Assembly: GCA_964016885.1 (NCBI GenBank)
Contig: OZ024742.1
Span: forward strand, 370,512,001-370,576,000
Source: Eledone cirrhosa
Taxonomy: Eukaryota
Length of the DNA stretch: 64,000 bases
Reading direction: 5' to 3'
Both the position numbers and the translations under genes were made by a program. Positions 15,501-30,900 of the stretch are shown in pieces. Each line of letters begins with the position of its first letter. The first letter of the stretch is position 1. Below the pieces are notes generated by a model. It made no database searches. It was given only the letters and a program-made list of their open reading frames with translations, and was not told where the DNA came from.

Positions 15501-18500
15501 TCTACTGGTGACCTTGTCTTATACTGTCACATTGCTTCTACTGGTGACCTTGTCTTATACTGTCACATTGCTTCTACTGGTGACCTTGTCTTATACTGTC
15601 ACATTGCTTCTACTGGTGACCTGGTCTTATACTGTCACATTGCTTCTACTGGTGACCTGGTCTTATACTGTCACATTGATTCTACTGGTGACCTTGTCTT
15701 ATACTGTCACATTGCTTCTACTGGTCATCTGGTCTTATACTGTCACATTGCTTCTACTAGTGACCTTGTCTTATACTGTCACATTGCTTCTACTGGTGAC
15801 CTGGTCTTCTTCTGTCAAATTGCTTCTACTGGTGACCTGGTCTTATACTGTCACATTGCTTCTACTGGTGACCTTGTCTTATACTGTCACATTGCTTCTA
15901 CTGGTGACCTTGTCTTATACTGTCACATTGCTTCTACTGGTCATCTGGTCTTATACTGTCACATTGCTTCTACTGGTGACCTGGTCTTATACTGTCACAT
16001 TGCTTCTACTAGTGACCTGGTCTTATACTGTCACATTGCTTCTACTAGTGACCTTTTCTTATACTGTCACATTGCTTCTACTGGTGACCTGGTCTTATAC
16101 TGTCACATTGCTTCTACTGGTGACCTGGTCTTATACTGTCACATTGCTTCTACTAGTGCACTGGGCTTATATTGTCACATTGCTTCTACTGGTGACCTGG
16201 TCTTATGCTGTCACATTGCTTCTGCTGGTGACCTGGTCTTATACTGTCACATTGCTTCTACTGGTGACCTGGTCTTATACTGTCACATTGCTTCTACTGG
16301 TCATCTGGTCTTATACTGTCACATTGCTTCTACTGGTGACCTTGTCTTATACTGTCACATTGCTTCTACTGGTGACCTTGTCTTATACTGTCACATTGCT
16401 TCTACTGGTGACCTTGTCTTATACTGTCACATTGCTTCTACTGGTCATCTGGTCTTATACTGTCACATTGCTTCTACTGGTGACCTGGTCTTATACTGTC
16501 ACATTGCTTCTACTAGTGACTTGTCTTATACTGTCACATTGCTTCTACTGGTGACCTGGTCTTATACTGTCACATTGCTTCTACTGGTGACCTTGTCTTA
16601 TACTGTCACATTGCTTCTACTGGTGACCTTGTCTTATACTGTCACATTGCTTCTACTGGTGACCTTGTCTTATACTGTCACATTGCTTCTACTGGTGACC
16701 TGGTCTTATACTGTCACATTGCTTCTACTAGTGACTTGTCTTATACTGTCACATTGCTTCTACTGGTGACCTGGTCTTATACTGTCACATTGCTTCTACT
16801 GGTGACCTTGTCTTATACTGTCACATTGCTTCTACTGGTGACCTTGTCTTATACTGTCACATTGCTTCTACTGGTGACCTTGTCTTATACTGTCACATTG
16901 CTTCTACTGGTGACCTTGTCTTATACTGTCACATTGCTTCTACTGGTGACCTGGTCTTATACTGTCACATTGCTTCTACTGGTGACCTGGTCTTATACTG
17001 TCACATTGCTTCTACTGGTGACCTGGTCTTATACTGTCACATTGCTTCTACTGGTGACCTGGTCTTATACTATCACATTGCTTCTACTGGTGACCTGGTC
17101 TTATACTGTCACATTGCTTCTACTGGTCATCTGGTCTTATACTGTCACATTGCTTCTACTGGTGACCTTGTCTTATGCTGTCACATTGCTTCTACTGGTG
17201 ACCTTGTCTTATACTGTCACATTGCTTCTACTGGTCATCTGGTCTTATACTGTCACATTGCTTCTACTGGTGACCTTGTCTTATACTATCACATTGCTTC
17301 TACTGGTGACCTTGTCTTATACTGTCACATTGCTTCTACTGGTGACCTTGTCTTATACTGTCACATTGCTTCTACTGGTGACCTTGTCTTATACTGTCAC
17401 ATTGCTTCTACTGGTGACCTGGTCTTATACTGTCACATTGCTTCAACTGGTGACTTGGTCTTATACTGTCACATTGCTTCTACTGGTCCCCTAGCCTTAT
17501 GCTGTCACATTGCTTCTGCTGGTGACCTGGTCTTATGATGTCACATTGCTTCTACATGCGACCTGGTGTTATAATGTCACATTGCTTCTACTGGTGACCT
17601 GGTCTTATACTGGCACATTGTTTCTACTGGTGACCTTGTCTTATACTGTCACATTGCTTCTACTAGTGACCTGGTCTTATACTATCACGTTGCTTCTACT
17701 GGTGACCTTTTATTATACTGTCACATTGCTTCTACTGGTTACCTTGTCTTATGCTGTCACATTGCTTCTACTGGTGACTTGGTTTTATACTGTCACATTG
17801 CTTCTACTAGTGACTGGTCTTATACTGTGACATTGCTTCTACTGTTGACCTGATCTTATACTGTCACATTGCTTCTTCTGGTGACCTTGTCTTATACAGT
17901 CACATTGCTTCTACTGGTGACCTTGTCTTATGCTGTCACACTGCTTCTACTGGTGACCTTGTCTTATACTGTCACATTGCTTCTACTGGTGACCTGGTCT
18001 TATACTGTCACATTGCTTCTACAGGTGACCTTGTCTTATACTCTCTCATTGCTTCTACTGGTGACCTGGTCTTATACTCACACATTGCTTCTACTGGTGA
18101 CCTGGTCTTTTGATGTCACATTGCTTATACTGGTGACCTGGTCTTATGCAGTCACAATGCTTCTACTGGTGACCTGGTCTTATACTGTCACATTGCTTCT
18201 ACTAGTGACCTTGTCTTATACTGTCACATTGCTTCTACTAGTGACTGGTCTTATACTGTCACATTGCTTCTACTGGTGACCTGGTCTTATACTGTCACAT
18301 TGCTTCTACTGGTGACCTGGTCTTATACTGTCACATTACTTCTACTAGTGACCTGGTCTTATACTGTCACATTGCTTCTACTGGTGACCTGGTCTTATAC
18401 TGTCACATTGCTTCTACTGGTGACCTGGTCTTATACTGTCACATTGCTTCTATTGGTGACCTTGTCTTATACTGTCACATTGCTTCTACTGGTCACCTGG

Positions 18501-21500
18501 TCTTATCCTGTCACATTGCTTCTACTGGTGACCTGGTCTTATACTGTCACATTGCTTCTACTGGTGACCTGGTCTTATACTGTCACATTGCTTCTACTGG
18601 TGACCTGGTCTTATGCTATCACATTGCTTCTACTGGTGACCTTGTCTTATAGAGTCACATTGCTTCAACTGGTGAACTGGTCTTATACTGTCACATTGCT
18701 TCTACTAGTGACCTGGCCTTATGCTGTCACATTGCTTCTACCGGTGACCTGGTCTTATACTGTCACATTGCTTCTCCTGGTGACCTGGTCTTATTATGTG
18801 ACATTGCTTCTACTGGTGACATGGTCTTATACTGTCACGTTGCTTCTACTATTGACCTGGTCTTATACTGTCACATTGCTTCTACTAGTGACTTGTCTTT
18901 TACTGTCACATTGCTTCTACTGGTGACCTGGTCTTATACTGTCACATTGCTTCTACTGGTGACCTGGTCTTATACTGTCACATTGCTTCTACTAGTGACT
19001 TGTCTTATACTGTCACATTGCTTCTACTGGTCATCTGGTCTTATACTGTCACATTGCTTCTACTGGTGACCTGGTCTTATACTGTCACATTGCTTCTACT
19101 AGTGACTTGTCTTATACTGTCACATTGCTTCTACTGGTCATCTGGTCTTATGCTGTCACATTGCTTCTACTAATGACTTGTCTTATACTGTCACATTGCT
19201 TCTACTAGTGACTTGTCTTATACTGTCACATTGCTTCTACTGGTGACCTGGTCTTATACTGTCACATTGCTTCTACTGGTGACCTCGTCTTATACTGTCA
19301 CATTGCTTCTACTATTGACCTGGTCTTATACTGTCACATTGCTTCTACTGGTGACCTGGTCTTATACTGTCACATTGCTTCTACTGGTGACCTGGTCTTA
19401 TACTGTCACATTGCTTCTACTGGTGACCTGGTCTTATACTGTCACATTGCTTCTACTAGTGACTTGTCTTATACTGTCACATTGCTTCTACTGGTCATCT
19501 GGTCTTATGCTGTCACATTGCTTCTACTAGTGACTTGTCTTATACTGTCACATTGCTTCTACTAGTGACTTGTCTTATACTGTCACATTGCTTCTACTGG
19601 TCATCTGGTCTTATACTGTCACATTGCTTCTACTGGTGACCTGGTCTTATACTGTCACATTGCTTCTACTGGTCATCTGGTCTTATACTGTCACATTGCT
19701 TCTACTGGTGACCTGGTCTTATACTGTCACATTGCTTCTACTGGTGACCTTGTCTTATACTGTCACATTGCTTCTACTGGTGACCTTGTCTTATACTGTC
19801 ACATTGCTTCTACTGGTGACCTTGTCTTATACTGTCACATTGCTTCTACTGGTGACCTGGTCTTATACTGTCACATTGCTTCTACTGGTGACCTTGTCTT
19901 ATGCTGTCACATTGCTTCTACTGGTGACCTTGTCTTATACTGTCACATTGCTTCTACTGGTCATCTGTTCTTATACTGTCACATTGCTTCTACTGGTGAC
20001 CTGGTCTTATACTGTCACATTGCTTCTACTAGTGACTTGTCTTATACTGTCACATTGCTTCTACTGGTGACCTGGTCTTATGCTGTCAAATTGCTTCTAC
20101 TGGTGACCTGGTCTTATACTGTCACATTGCTTCTACTAGTGACTTGTCTTATACTGTCACATTGCTTCTACTGGTGACCTGGTCTTATGCTGTCAAATTG
20201 CTTCTACTGGTGACCTGGTCTTATACTGTCACATTGCTTCTACTAGTGACCTTGTCTTATACTGTCACATTGCTTCTACTGGTGACCTGGTCTTCTTCTG
20301 TCAAATTGCTTCTACTGGTGACCTGGTCTTATACTGTCACATTGCTTCTACTGGTGACCTTGTCTTATACTGTCACATTGCTTCTACTGGTGACCTTGTC
20401 TTATACTGTCACATTGCTTCTACTGGTGACCTTGTCTTATACTGTCACATTGCTTCTACTGGTGACCTTGTCTTATACTGTCACATTGCTTCTACTGGTG
20501 ACCTGGTCTTATACTGTCACATTGCTTCTACTGGTGACCTGGTCTTATACTGTCACATTGATTCTACTGGTGACCTTGTCTTATACTGTCACATTGCTTC
20601 TACTGGTCATCTGGTCTTATACTGTCACATTGCTTCTACTAGTGACCTTGTCTTATACTGTCACATTGCTTCTACTGGTGACCTGGTCTTCTTCTGTCAA
20701 ATTGCTTCTACTGGTGACCTGGTCTTATACTGTCACATTGCTTCTACTGGTGACCTTGTCTTATACTGTCACATTGCTTCTACTGGTGACCTTGTCTTAT
20801 ACTGTCACATTGCTTCTACTGGTCATCTGGTCTTATACTGTCACATTGCTTCTACTGGTGACCTGGTCTTATACTGTCACATTGCTTCTACTAGTGACCT
20901 GGTCTTATACTGTCACATTGCTTCTACTAGTGACCTTTTCTTATACTGTCACATTGCTTCTACTGGTGACCTGGTCTTATACTGTCACATTGCTTCTACT
21001 GGTGACCTGGTCTTATACTGTCACATTGCTTCTACTAGTGCACTGGGCTTATATTGTCACATTGCTTCTACTGGTGACGTGGTCTTATGCTGTCACATTG
21101 CTTCTGCTGGTGACCTGGTCTTATACTGTCACATTGCTTCTACTGGTGACCTGGTCTTATACTGTCACATTGCTTCTACTGGTCATCTGGTCTTATACTG
21201 TCACATTGCTTCTACTGGTGACCTTGTCTTATACTGTCACATTGCTTCTACTGGTGACCTTGTCTTATACTGTCACATTGCTTCTACTGGTGACCTTGTC
21301 TTATACTGTCACATTGCTTCTACTGGTCATCTGGTCTTATACTGTCACATTGCTTCTACTGGTGACCTGGTCTTATACTGTCACATTGCTTCTACTAGTG
21401 ACTTGTCTTATACTGTCACATTGCTTCTACTGGTGACGTGGTCTTATACTGTCACATTGCTTCTACTGGTGAACTTGTCTTATACTGTCACATTGCTTCT

Positions 21501-22275
21501 ACTGGTGACCTTGTCTTATACTGTCACATTGCTTCTACTGGTGACCTTGTCTTATACTGTCACATTGCTTCTACTGGTGACCTGGTCTTATACTGTCACA
21601 TTGCTTCTACTAGTGACTTGTCTTATACTGTCACATTGCTTCTACTGGTGACCTGGTCTTATACTGTCACATTGCTTCTACTGGTGACCTTGTCTTATAC
21701 TGTCACATTGCTTCTACTGGTGACCTTGTCTTATACTGTCACATTGCTTCTACTGGTGACCTTGTCTTATACTGTCACATTGCTTCTACTGGTGACCTTG
21801 TCTTATACTGTCACATTGCTTCTACTGGTGACCTGGTCTTATACTGTCACATTTCTTCTACTGGTGACCTGGTCTTATACTGTCACATTGCTTCTACTGG
21901 TGACCTGGTCTTATACTGTCACATTGCTTCTACTGGTGACCTGGTCTTATACTATCACATTGCTTCTACTGGTGACCTGGTCTTATACTGTCACATTGCT
22001 TCTACTGGTCATCTGGTCTTATACTGTCACATTGCTTCTACTGGTGACCTTGTCTTATACTGTCACATTGCTTCTACTGGTGACCTTGTCTTATACTGTC
22101 ACATTGCTTCTACTGGTCATCTGGTCTTATACTGTCACATTGCTTCTACTGGTGACCTTGTCTTATACTGTCACATTGCTTCTACTGGTGACCTTGTCTT
22201 ATACTGTCACATTGCTTCTACTAGTGACCTTGTCTTATACTGTCACATTGCTTCTACTGGTGACCTTGTCTTATA
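12512..22275. repeat. Tandem segmental duplication, 4,882-bp unit x2 (~12512-17393 and ~17394-22275)
   Basis: Rare markers recur at a constant offset of 4,882: TCAACTGG at 12561/17443, and GGTCCCCTAGCC. ORF starts pair at the same offset: 12628/17510, 12987/17869, 13382/18264, 14331/19213, 14688/19570, 15262/20144. Confidence 0.93.
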
Positions 22276-25200
22276 CTGTCACATTGCTTCTACTGGTGAC
22301 CTTGTCTTATACTGTCACATTGCTTCTACTGGTCATCTGGTCTTATACTGTCACATTGCTTCTACTGGTGACCTGGTCTTATACTGTCACATTGCTTCTA
22401 CTAGTGACTTGTCTTATACTGTCACATTGCTTCTACTGGTGACCTGGTCTTATACTATCACATTGCTTCTACTGGTGACCTGGTCTTATACTGTCACATT
22501 GCTTCTACTGGTCATCTGGTCTTATACTGTCACATTGCTTCTACTGGTGACCTGGTCTTATACTATCACATTGCTTCTACTGGTGACCTGGTCTTATACT
22601 GTCACATTGCTTCTACTGGTCATCTGGTCTTATACTGTCACATTGCTTCTACTATTGACCTGGTCTTATACTGTCACATTGCTTCTACTGGTGACCTGGT
22701 CTTATACTGTCACATTGCTTCTACTGGTGACCTGGTCTTATACTGTCACATTGCTTCTACTGGTGACCTGGTCTTATACTGTCACATTGCTTCTACTAGT
22801 GACCTGGTCTTATACTGTCACATTGCTTCTACTAGTGCACTGGGCTTATATTGTCACATTGCTTCTACTGGTGACCTGGTCTTATACTGTCACATTGCTT
22901 CTACTGGTGACCTGGTCTTATACTGTCACATTGCTTCTACTGGTGACCTGGTCTTATACTGTCACATTGCTTCTACTGGTGACCTTGTCTTATACTGTCA
23001 CATTGCTTCTACTAGTGGCCTGGTCTTATACTGTCACATTACTTCTACTGGTGACCTGGTCTTATACTGTCACATTGCTTCTACTGGTGACCTGGTCTTA
23101 TACTGTCACATTGCTTGTACTGGTGACCTGGTCTTATGCTGTCACATTGCTTCTACTGGTCATCTGGTCTCATACTGTCACATTGCTTCTACTGGTGACC
23201 TGGTCTTATACTGTCACATTGCTTCTACTGGTGACCTTGTCTTATACTGTCACATTGCTTCTACTGGTGACCTTGTCTTATACTGTCACATTGCTTCTAC
23301 TGGTGACCTTGTCTTATACTGTCACATTGCTTCTACTGGTGACCTTGTCTTATACTGTCACATTGCTTCTACTGGTGACCTGGTCTTATACTGTCACATT
23401 GCTTCTACTGGTGACCTGGTCTTATACTGTCACATTGATTCTACTGGTGACCTTGTCTTATACTGTCACATTGCTTCTACTGGTCATCTGGTCTTATACT
23501 GTCACATTGCTTCTACTAGTGACCTTGTCTTATACTGTCACATTGCTTCTACTGGTGACCTGGTCTTCTTCTGTCAAATTGCTTCTACTGGTGACCTGGT
23601 CTTATACTGTCACATTGCTTCTACTGGTGACCTTGTCTTATACTGTCACATTGCTTCTACTGGTGACCTTGTCTTATACTGTCACATTGCTTCTACTGGT
23701 CATCTGGTCTTATACTGTCACATTGCTTCTACTGGTGACCTGGTCTTATACTGTCACATTGCTTCTACTAGTGACCTGGTCTTATACTGTCACATTGCTT
23801 CTACTAGTGACCTTTTCTTATACTGTCACATTGCTTCTACTGGTGACCTGGTCTTATACTGTCACATTGCTTCTACTGGTGACCTGGTCTTATACTGTCA
23901 CATTGCTTCTACTAGTGCACTGGGCTTATATTGTCACATTGCTTCTACTGGTGACCTGGTCTTATGCTGTCACATTGCTTCTGCTGGTGACCTGGTCTTA
24001 TACTGTCACATTGCTTCTACTGGTGACCTGGTCTTATACTGTCACATTGCTTCTACTGGTCATCTGGTCTTATACTGTCACATTGCTTCTACTGGTGACC
24101 TTGTCTTATACTGTCACATTGCTTCTACTGGTGACCTTGTCTTATACTGTCACATTGCTTCTACTGGTGACCTTGTCTTATACTGTCACATTGCTTCTAC
24201 TGGTCATCTGGTCTTATACTGTCACATTGCTTCTACTGGTGACCTGGTCTTATACTGTCACATTGCTTCTACTAGTGACTTGTCTTATACAGTCACATTG
24301 CTTCTACTGGTGACCTGGTCTTATACTGTCACATTGCTTCTACTGGTGACCTTGTCTTATACTGTCACATTGCTTCTACTGGTGACCTTGTCTTATACTG
24401 TCACATTGCTTCTACTGGTGACCTTGTCTTATACTGTCACATTGCTTCTACTGGTGACCTGGTCTTATACTGTCACATTGCTTCTACTAGTGACTTGACT
24501 TATACTGTCACATTGCTTCTACTGGTGACCTGGTCTTATACTGTCACATTGCTTCTACTGGTGACCTTGTCTTATACTGTCACATTGCTTCTACTGGTGA
24601 CCTTGTCTTATACTGTCACATTGCTTCTACTGGTGACCTTGTCTTATACTGTCACATTGCTTCTACTGGTGACCTTGTCTTATACTGTCACATTGCTTCT
24701 ACTGGTGACCTGGTCTTATACTGTCACATTGCTTCTACTGGTGACCTGGTCTTATACTGTCACATTGCTTCTACTGGTGACCTGGTCTTATACTGTCACA
24801 TTGCTTCTACTGGTGACCTGGTCTTATACTATCACATTGCTTCTACTGGTGACCTGGTCTTATACTGTCACATTGCTTCTACTGGTCATCTGGTCTTATA
24901 CTGTCACATTGCTTCTACTGGTGACCTTGTCTTATACTGTCACATTGCTTCTACTGGTGACCTTGTCTTATACTGTCACATTGCTTCTACTGGTCATCTG
25001 GTCTTATACTGTCACATTGCTTCTACTGGTGACCTTGTCTTATACTGTCACATTGCTTCTACTGGTGACCTTGTCTTATACTGTCACATTGCTTCTACTG
25101 GTGACCTTGTCTTATACTGTCACATTGCTTCTACTGGTGACCTTGTCTTATACTGTCACATTGCTTCTACTGGTCATCTGGTCTTATACTGTCACATTGC

Positions 25201-25950
25201 TTCTACTGGTGACCTGGTCTTATACTGTCACATTGCTTCTACTAGTGACTTGTCTTATACTGTCACATTGCTTCTACTGGTGACCTGGTCTTATACTATC
25301 ACATTGCTTCTACTGGTGACCTGGTCTTATACTGTCACATTGCTTCTACTGGTCATCTGGTCTTATACTGTCACATTGCTTCTACTGGTGACCTGGTCTT
25401 ATACTATCACATTGCTTCTACTGGTGACCTGGTCTTATACTGTCACATTGCTTCTACTGGTGACCTGGTCTTATACTGTCACATTGCTTCTACTGGTGAC
25501 CTGGTCTTATACTGTCACATTGCTTCTACTAGTGACCTGGTCTTATACTGTCACATTGCTTCTACTAGTGCACTGGGCTTATATTGTCACATTGCTTCTA
25601 CTGGTGACCTGGTCTTATACTGTCACATTGCTTCTACTGGTGACCTGGTCTTATACTGTCACATTGCTTCTACTGGTGACCTGGTCTTATACTGTCACAT
25701 TGCTTCTACTGGTGACCTTGTCTTATACTGTCACATTGCTTCTACTAGTGACCTGGTCTTATACTGTCACATTACTTCTACTGGTGACCTGGTCTTATAC
25801 TGTCACATTGCTTCTACTGGTGACCTGGTCTTATACTGTCACATTGCTTGTACTGGTGACCTGGTCTTATGCTGTCACATTGCTTCTACTGGTCATCTGG
25901 TCTCATACTGTCACATTGCTTCTACTGGTGACCTGGTCTTATACTGTCAC
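20320..25950. repeat. Tandem segmental duplication, ~2.88-kb unit x2 (~20320-23200 and ~23200-25950), overlapping the 4.9-kb duplication
   Basis: Marker CACATTGATT lies at offset 2,877 (variant A at 20561/23438). TAGTGCACTGGGCTTATATTG occurs at ~21037/23913 and ~22833/25566. The offset shrinks by whole monomers (2877, 2841, 2733). Confidence 0.85.
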
Positions 25951-27989
25951 ATTGCTTCTACTGGTCATCTGGTCTTATACTGTCACATTGCTTCTACTGG
26001 TGACCTTGTCTTATACTGTCACATTGCTTCTACTGGTGACCTGGTCTTATGCTGTCACATTGCTTCTACTGGTCATCTGGTCTTATACTGTCACATTGCT
26101 TCTACTGGTGACCTGGTCTTATACTGTCACATTGCTTCTACTGGTGACCTGGTCTTATACTGTCACATTGCTTCTACTGGTGACCTGGTCTTATACTGTC
26201 ACATTGCTTCTACTGGTCATCTGGTCTTATACTGTCACATTGCTTCTACTGGTGACCTGGTCTTATACTGTCACATTGCTTCTACTGGTGACCTGGTCTT
26301 ATGCTGTCACATTGCTTCTACTGGTCATCTGGTCTTATACTGTCACATTGCTTCTACTGGTGACCTGGTCTTATACTGTCACATTGCTTCTACTGGTCAT
26401 CTGGTCTTATACTGTCACATTGCTTCTACTGGTGACCTGGTCTTATACTGTCACATTGCTTCTACTGGTGACCTGGTCTTATGCTGTCACATTGCTTCTA
26501 CTGGTGACCTGGTCTTATACTGTCACATTGCTTCTACTGGTGACCTGGTCTTATACTGTCATATTGCTTCTACTGGTGACCTGGTCTTATACTGTCACAT
26601 TGCTTCTACTGGTGACCTGGTCTTATACTGTCACATTGCTTCTACTGGTGACCTTGTCTTATACTGTCACATTGCTTCTACTGGTGACCTGGTCTTATGC
26701 TGTCACATTGCTTCTACTGGTCATCTGGTCTTATACTGTCACATTGCTTCTACTGGTGACCTGGTCTTATACTGTCACATTGCTTCTACTGGTGACCTTG
26801 TCTTATACTGTCACATTGCTTCTACTGGTGACCTGGTCTTATGCTGTCACATTGCTTCTACTGGTCATCTGGTCTTATACTGTCACATTGCTTCTACTGG
26901 TGACCTGGTCTTATACTGTCACATTGCTTCTACTGGTGACCTGGTCTTATACTGTCACATTGCTTCTACTGGTGACCTTGTCTTATGCTGTCACATTGCT
27001 TCTACTGGTGACCTGGTCATATATTGTCACATTGCATCTACTGGTGACCTTGTCTTATGCTGTCACATTGTTTCTACTGGTGACCTGGTCTTATAGTGTC
27101 ACATTGCTTCTACTGGTGACCTGGTCTTATACTGTCACATTGCTTCTACTGGTGACCTGGTCTTATAGTGTCACATTGTTTCTACTGGTGACCTGGTCTT
27201 ATGCTGTCACATTGCTTCTACTGGTGACCTGGTCTTATACTGTCACATTGCTTCTACTGGTGACCTTGTCTTATGCTGTCACATTGCTTCTACTGGTGAC
27301 CTGGTCTTATAGTGTCACATTGCTTCTACTGGTGACCTGGTCTTATACTGTCACATTGCTTCTACTGGTGACCTGGTCTTATAGTGTCACATTGTTTCTA
27401 CTGGTGACCTGGTCTTATACTGTCACATTGCTTCTACTGGTGACCTTGTCTTATACTGTCACATTGCTTCTACTGGTGACCTGGTCTTATACTGTCACAT
27501 TGCTTCTACTGGTGACATGGTCTTATGCTGTCACATTGCTTCTACTGGTGACATGGTCTTATACTGTCACATTGCTTCTACTGGTGACCTGGTCTTATAC
27601 TGTCCCTTTGCTTCTACTGGTGACATGGTCTTATGCTGTCACATTGCTTCTACTGGTGACATGGTCTTATGCTGTCACATTGCTTCTACTGGTGACCTGG
27701 TCTTATACTGTCCCTTTGCTTCTACTGGTGACATGGTCTTATGCTGTCACATTGCTTCTACTGGTGACATGGTCTTATGCTGTCACATTGCTTCTACTGG
27801 TGACCTGGTCTTATGCTGTCACATTGCTTCTGCTGGTGACCTGGTCTTATAATGTCACATTGCTTCTACTGGTGACCTGGTCTTTTACTGTCATGTTGCT
27901 TCTACTGGTGACCTGGTCTTATACTGTCACATCGCTTCTACTGGTGACCTGGTCTTATAATGTCACATTGCTTCTACTGGTCAGCTGGT

Positions 27990-30900
27990 CTTATCATGTA
28001 ACAATGCTTCTATTGGTGACCTGGTCTTATACTGTCACATTGCTTCTACTGGTCACCTGGTCTTATACTGTCACATTGCTTCTACTGGTCAGCTGGTCTT
28101 ATCATGTAACAATGCTTCTATTGGTGACCTGGTCTTATACTGTCATGTTGCTTCTACTGGTCACCTGGTCTTATCCTGTCACATTACTTCTACTGGAGAC
28201 CTGGTCTTATACTGTCACATTGCTTCTACTGGTGACCTGGTCTTATACTGTCACATTGCTTCTACTGGTCAGCTGGTCTTATCATGTAACAATGCTTCTA
28301 TTGGTGACCTGGTCGTATACTGTCACATTGCTTCTACTGGTCACCTGGTCTTATCCTGTCACATTGCTTCTACTGGAGACCTGGTCTTATACTGTCACAT
28401 TGCTTGTACTGGTGACCTGGTCTTATACTGTCACATTGCTTCTACTGGTGACCTGGTCTTATACTGTCACATTGTTTCTACTGGTGACCTGGTCTTATAC
28501 TGTCACATTGCTTCTACTAGTAACCTTGTCTTATACTGTCACATTGCTTCAACTAGTGACCTTGTCTTATACTGTCACATTGCTTCTACTGGTGACCTTG
28601 TCTTATGCTGTCACAATGCTTCTACTGGTGACCTGGTCTTATGCTGTCACGTTGCTTCTACTGGTGACCTGGTCTTATCGTGTCACAATGCTTCTACTGG
28701 TGACCTGGTCTTATGCTGTCACATTGCCTCTACTGGTGACCTGGTCTTATGCTGTCACATTGCTTATACTGGTGACCTGGTCTTATGCTGTCACAATGCT
28801 TCTACTGGTGACCTGGTCTTATGCTGTCACATTGCTTCTACTGGTGACCTGGTCTTATGCTGTCACATTGCTTATACTGGTGACCTGGTCTTATGCTGTC
28901 ACATTGCTTCTACTGGTGACCTGGTCTTATGCTGTCACATTGCTTATACTGGTGACCTGGTCTTATACTGTCTCATTGCTTCTACTGGTGACCTGGTCTT
29001 ATGCTGTCACATTGCTTATACTGGTGACCTGGTCTTATACTGTCACATTGCTTCTACTGGTGACCTGGTCTTATACTGTCACAATGCTTCTACTGGTGAC
29101 CTGGTCTTATGCTGTCACATTGCTTCTACTGGTGACCTGGTCTTATGCTGTCACATTGCTTATACTGGTGACCTGGTCTTATGCTGTCACATTGCTTCTA
29201 CTGGTGACCTGGTCTTATACTGTCACATTGCTTCTACAGGTGACATGCCCTTATGCTGTCACATTGCTTCTCCTGGTGACCTGGTCTTATACTGTCACAT
29301 TGCTTCTACTGGTGACCTGGTCTTATACTGTCACATTGCTTCTACTGGTGACCTGGTCTTATGCTGTCACATTGCTTCTACTGGTGACCTGGTCTTATAC
29401 TGTCACATTGCTTCTACAGGTGACATGGCCTTATGCTGTCACATTGCTTCTCCTGGTGACCTGGTCTTATACTGTCACATTGCTTCTACTGGTGACATGG
29501 TCTTATGCTGTCACATTGCGTCTACTGGTGATATGGTCTTATGCTGTCATATTGCGTCTACTGGTGACCTGGTCTTATACTGTCACATTGCTTCTACTAG
29601 TGACCTGGTCTTATACTGTCACAGTGCTTCTAATAGTGACCTGGTCTTATACTGTCACTTTGCTTCTACTGGTGACCTGGTCTTATACTGTCACATTGCT
29701 TCTACTGGTCACTTGGTCTTATGCTGTCACATTGCTTCTACTGCTGACCTGGTCTTATACTGTCACAATGCTTCTACTGGTGACCTGGTCTTATACTGTC
29801 ACATAGCTTCTACTGGTGACCTGGTCTTATCATGTCACAATGCTTCTACTGGTGACCTGGTCTTATACTGTCACAATGCTTCTACTGGTGACCTGGTCTT
29901 ATACTGTCACATTGCTTCTACTGGTGACCTGGTCTTATCATGTCACAATGCTTCAACTGGTGACCTGGTCTTATACTGTCACATAGCTTCTACTGGTGAC
30001 CTGGTCTTATCATGTCACAATGCTTCTACTGGTGACATGGTCTTATGCTGTCACATTGCTTATACTGGTGACATGGTCTTATGCTGTCACATTGCTTCTA
30101 CTGGTGACCTGGTCTTATGCTGTCACATTGCTTCTACTAGTGACCTGGTCTTATACTGTCACATTGCTTCTACTGGTGACCTGGTCTTATCATGTCACAA
30201 TGCTTCTACTGGTGACCTGGTCTTATACTGTCACATTGCTTATACTGGTGACATGGTCTTATGCTGTCACATTGCTTCTACTGGTGACCTTGTCTTATGC
30301 TGTCACATTGCTTCTACTGGTGACCTGGTCTTATACTGTCACATTGCTTCTACTGGTGACCTGGTCTTATGCTGTCACATTGCTTCTACTGGTGACCTGG
30401 TCTTATCATGTCACATTGCTTCTACTGGTGACCTGGTCTTATGCTGTCACATTGCTTCTACTGGTGACCTGGTCTTATCATGTCACATTGCTTCTGCTGG
30501 TGACCTGGTCTTATACTGTCACATTGCTTCTACTGGTGACCTGGTCTTATGCTGTCACATTGCTTCTACTGGTGACCTGGTCTTATACTGTCACATTGCT
30601 TCTACTGGTGACCTGGTCTTATGCTGTCACATTGCTTCTACTGGTGACCTGGTCTTATGCTGTCACATAGCTTATACTGGTGACATGGTCTTATGCTGTC
30701 ACATTGCTTCTACTGGTGACCTGGTCTTATGCTGTCACATTGCTTCTACTGGTGACCTGGTCTTATCATGTCACAATGCTTCTACTGGTGACCTGGTCTT
30801 ATGCTGTCACATAGCTTCTACTGGTGACCTGGTCTTATCATGTCACAATGCTTCTACTGGTGACCTGGTCTTATACTGTCACATTGCTTCTACTGGTGAC

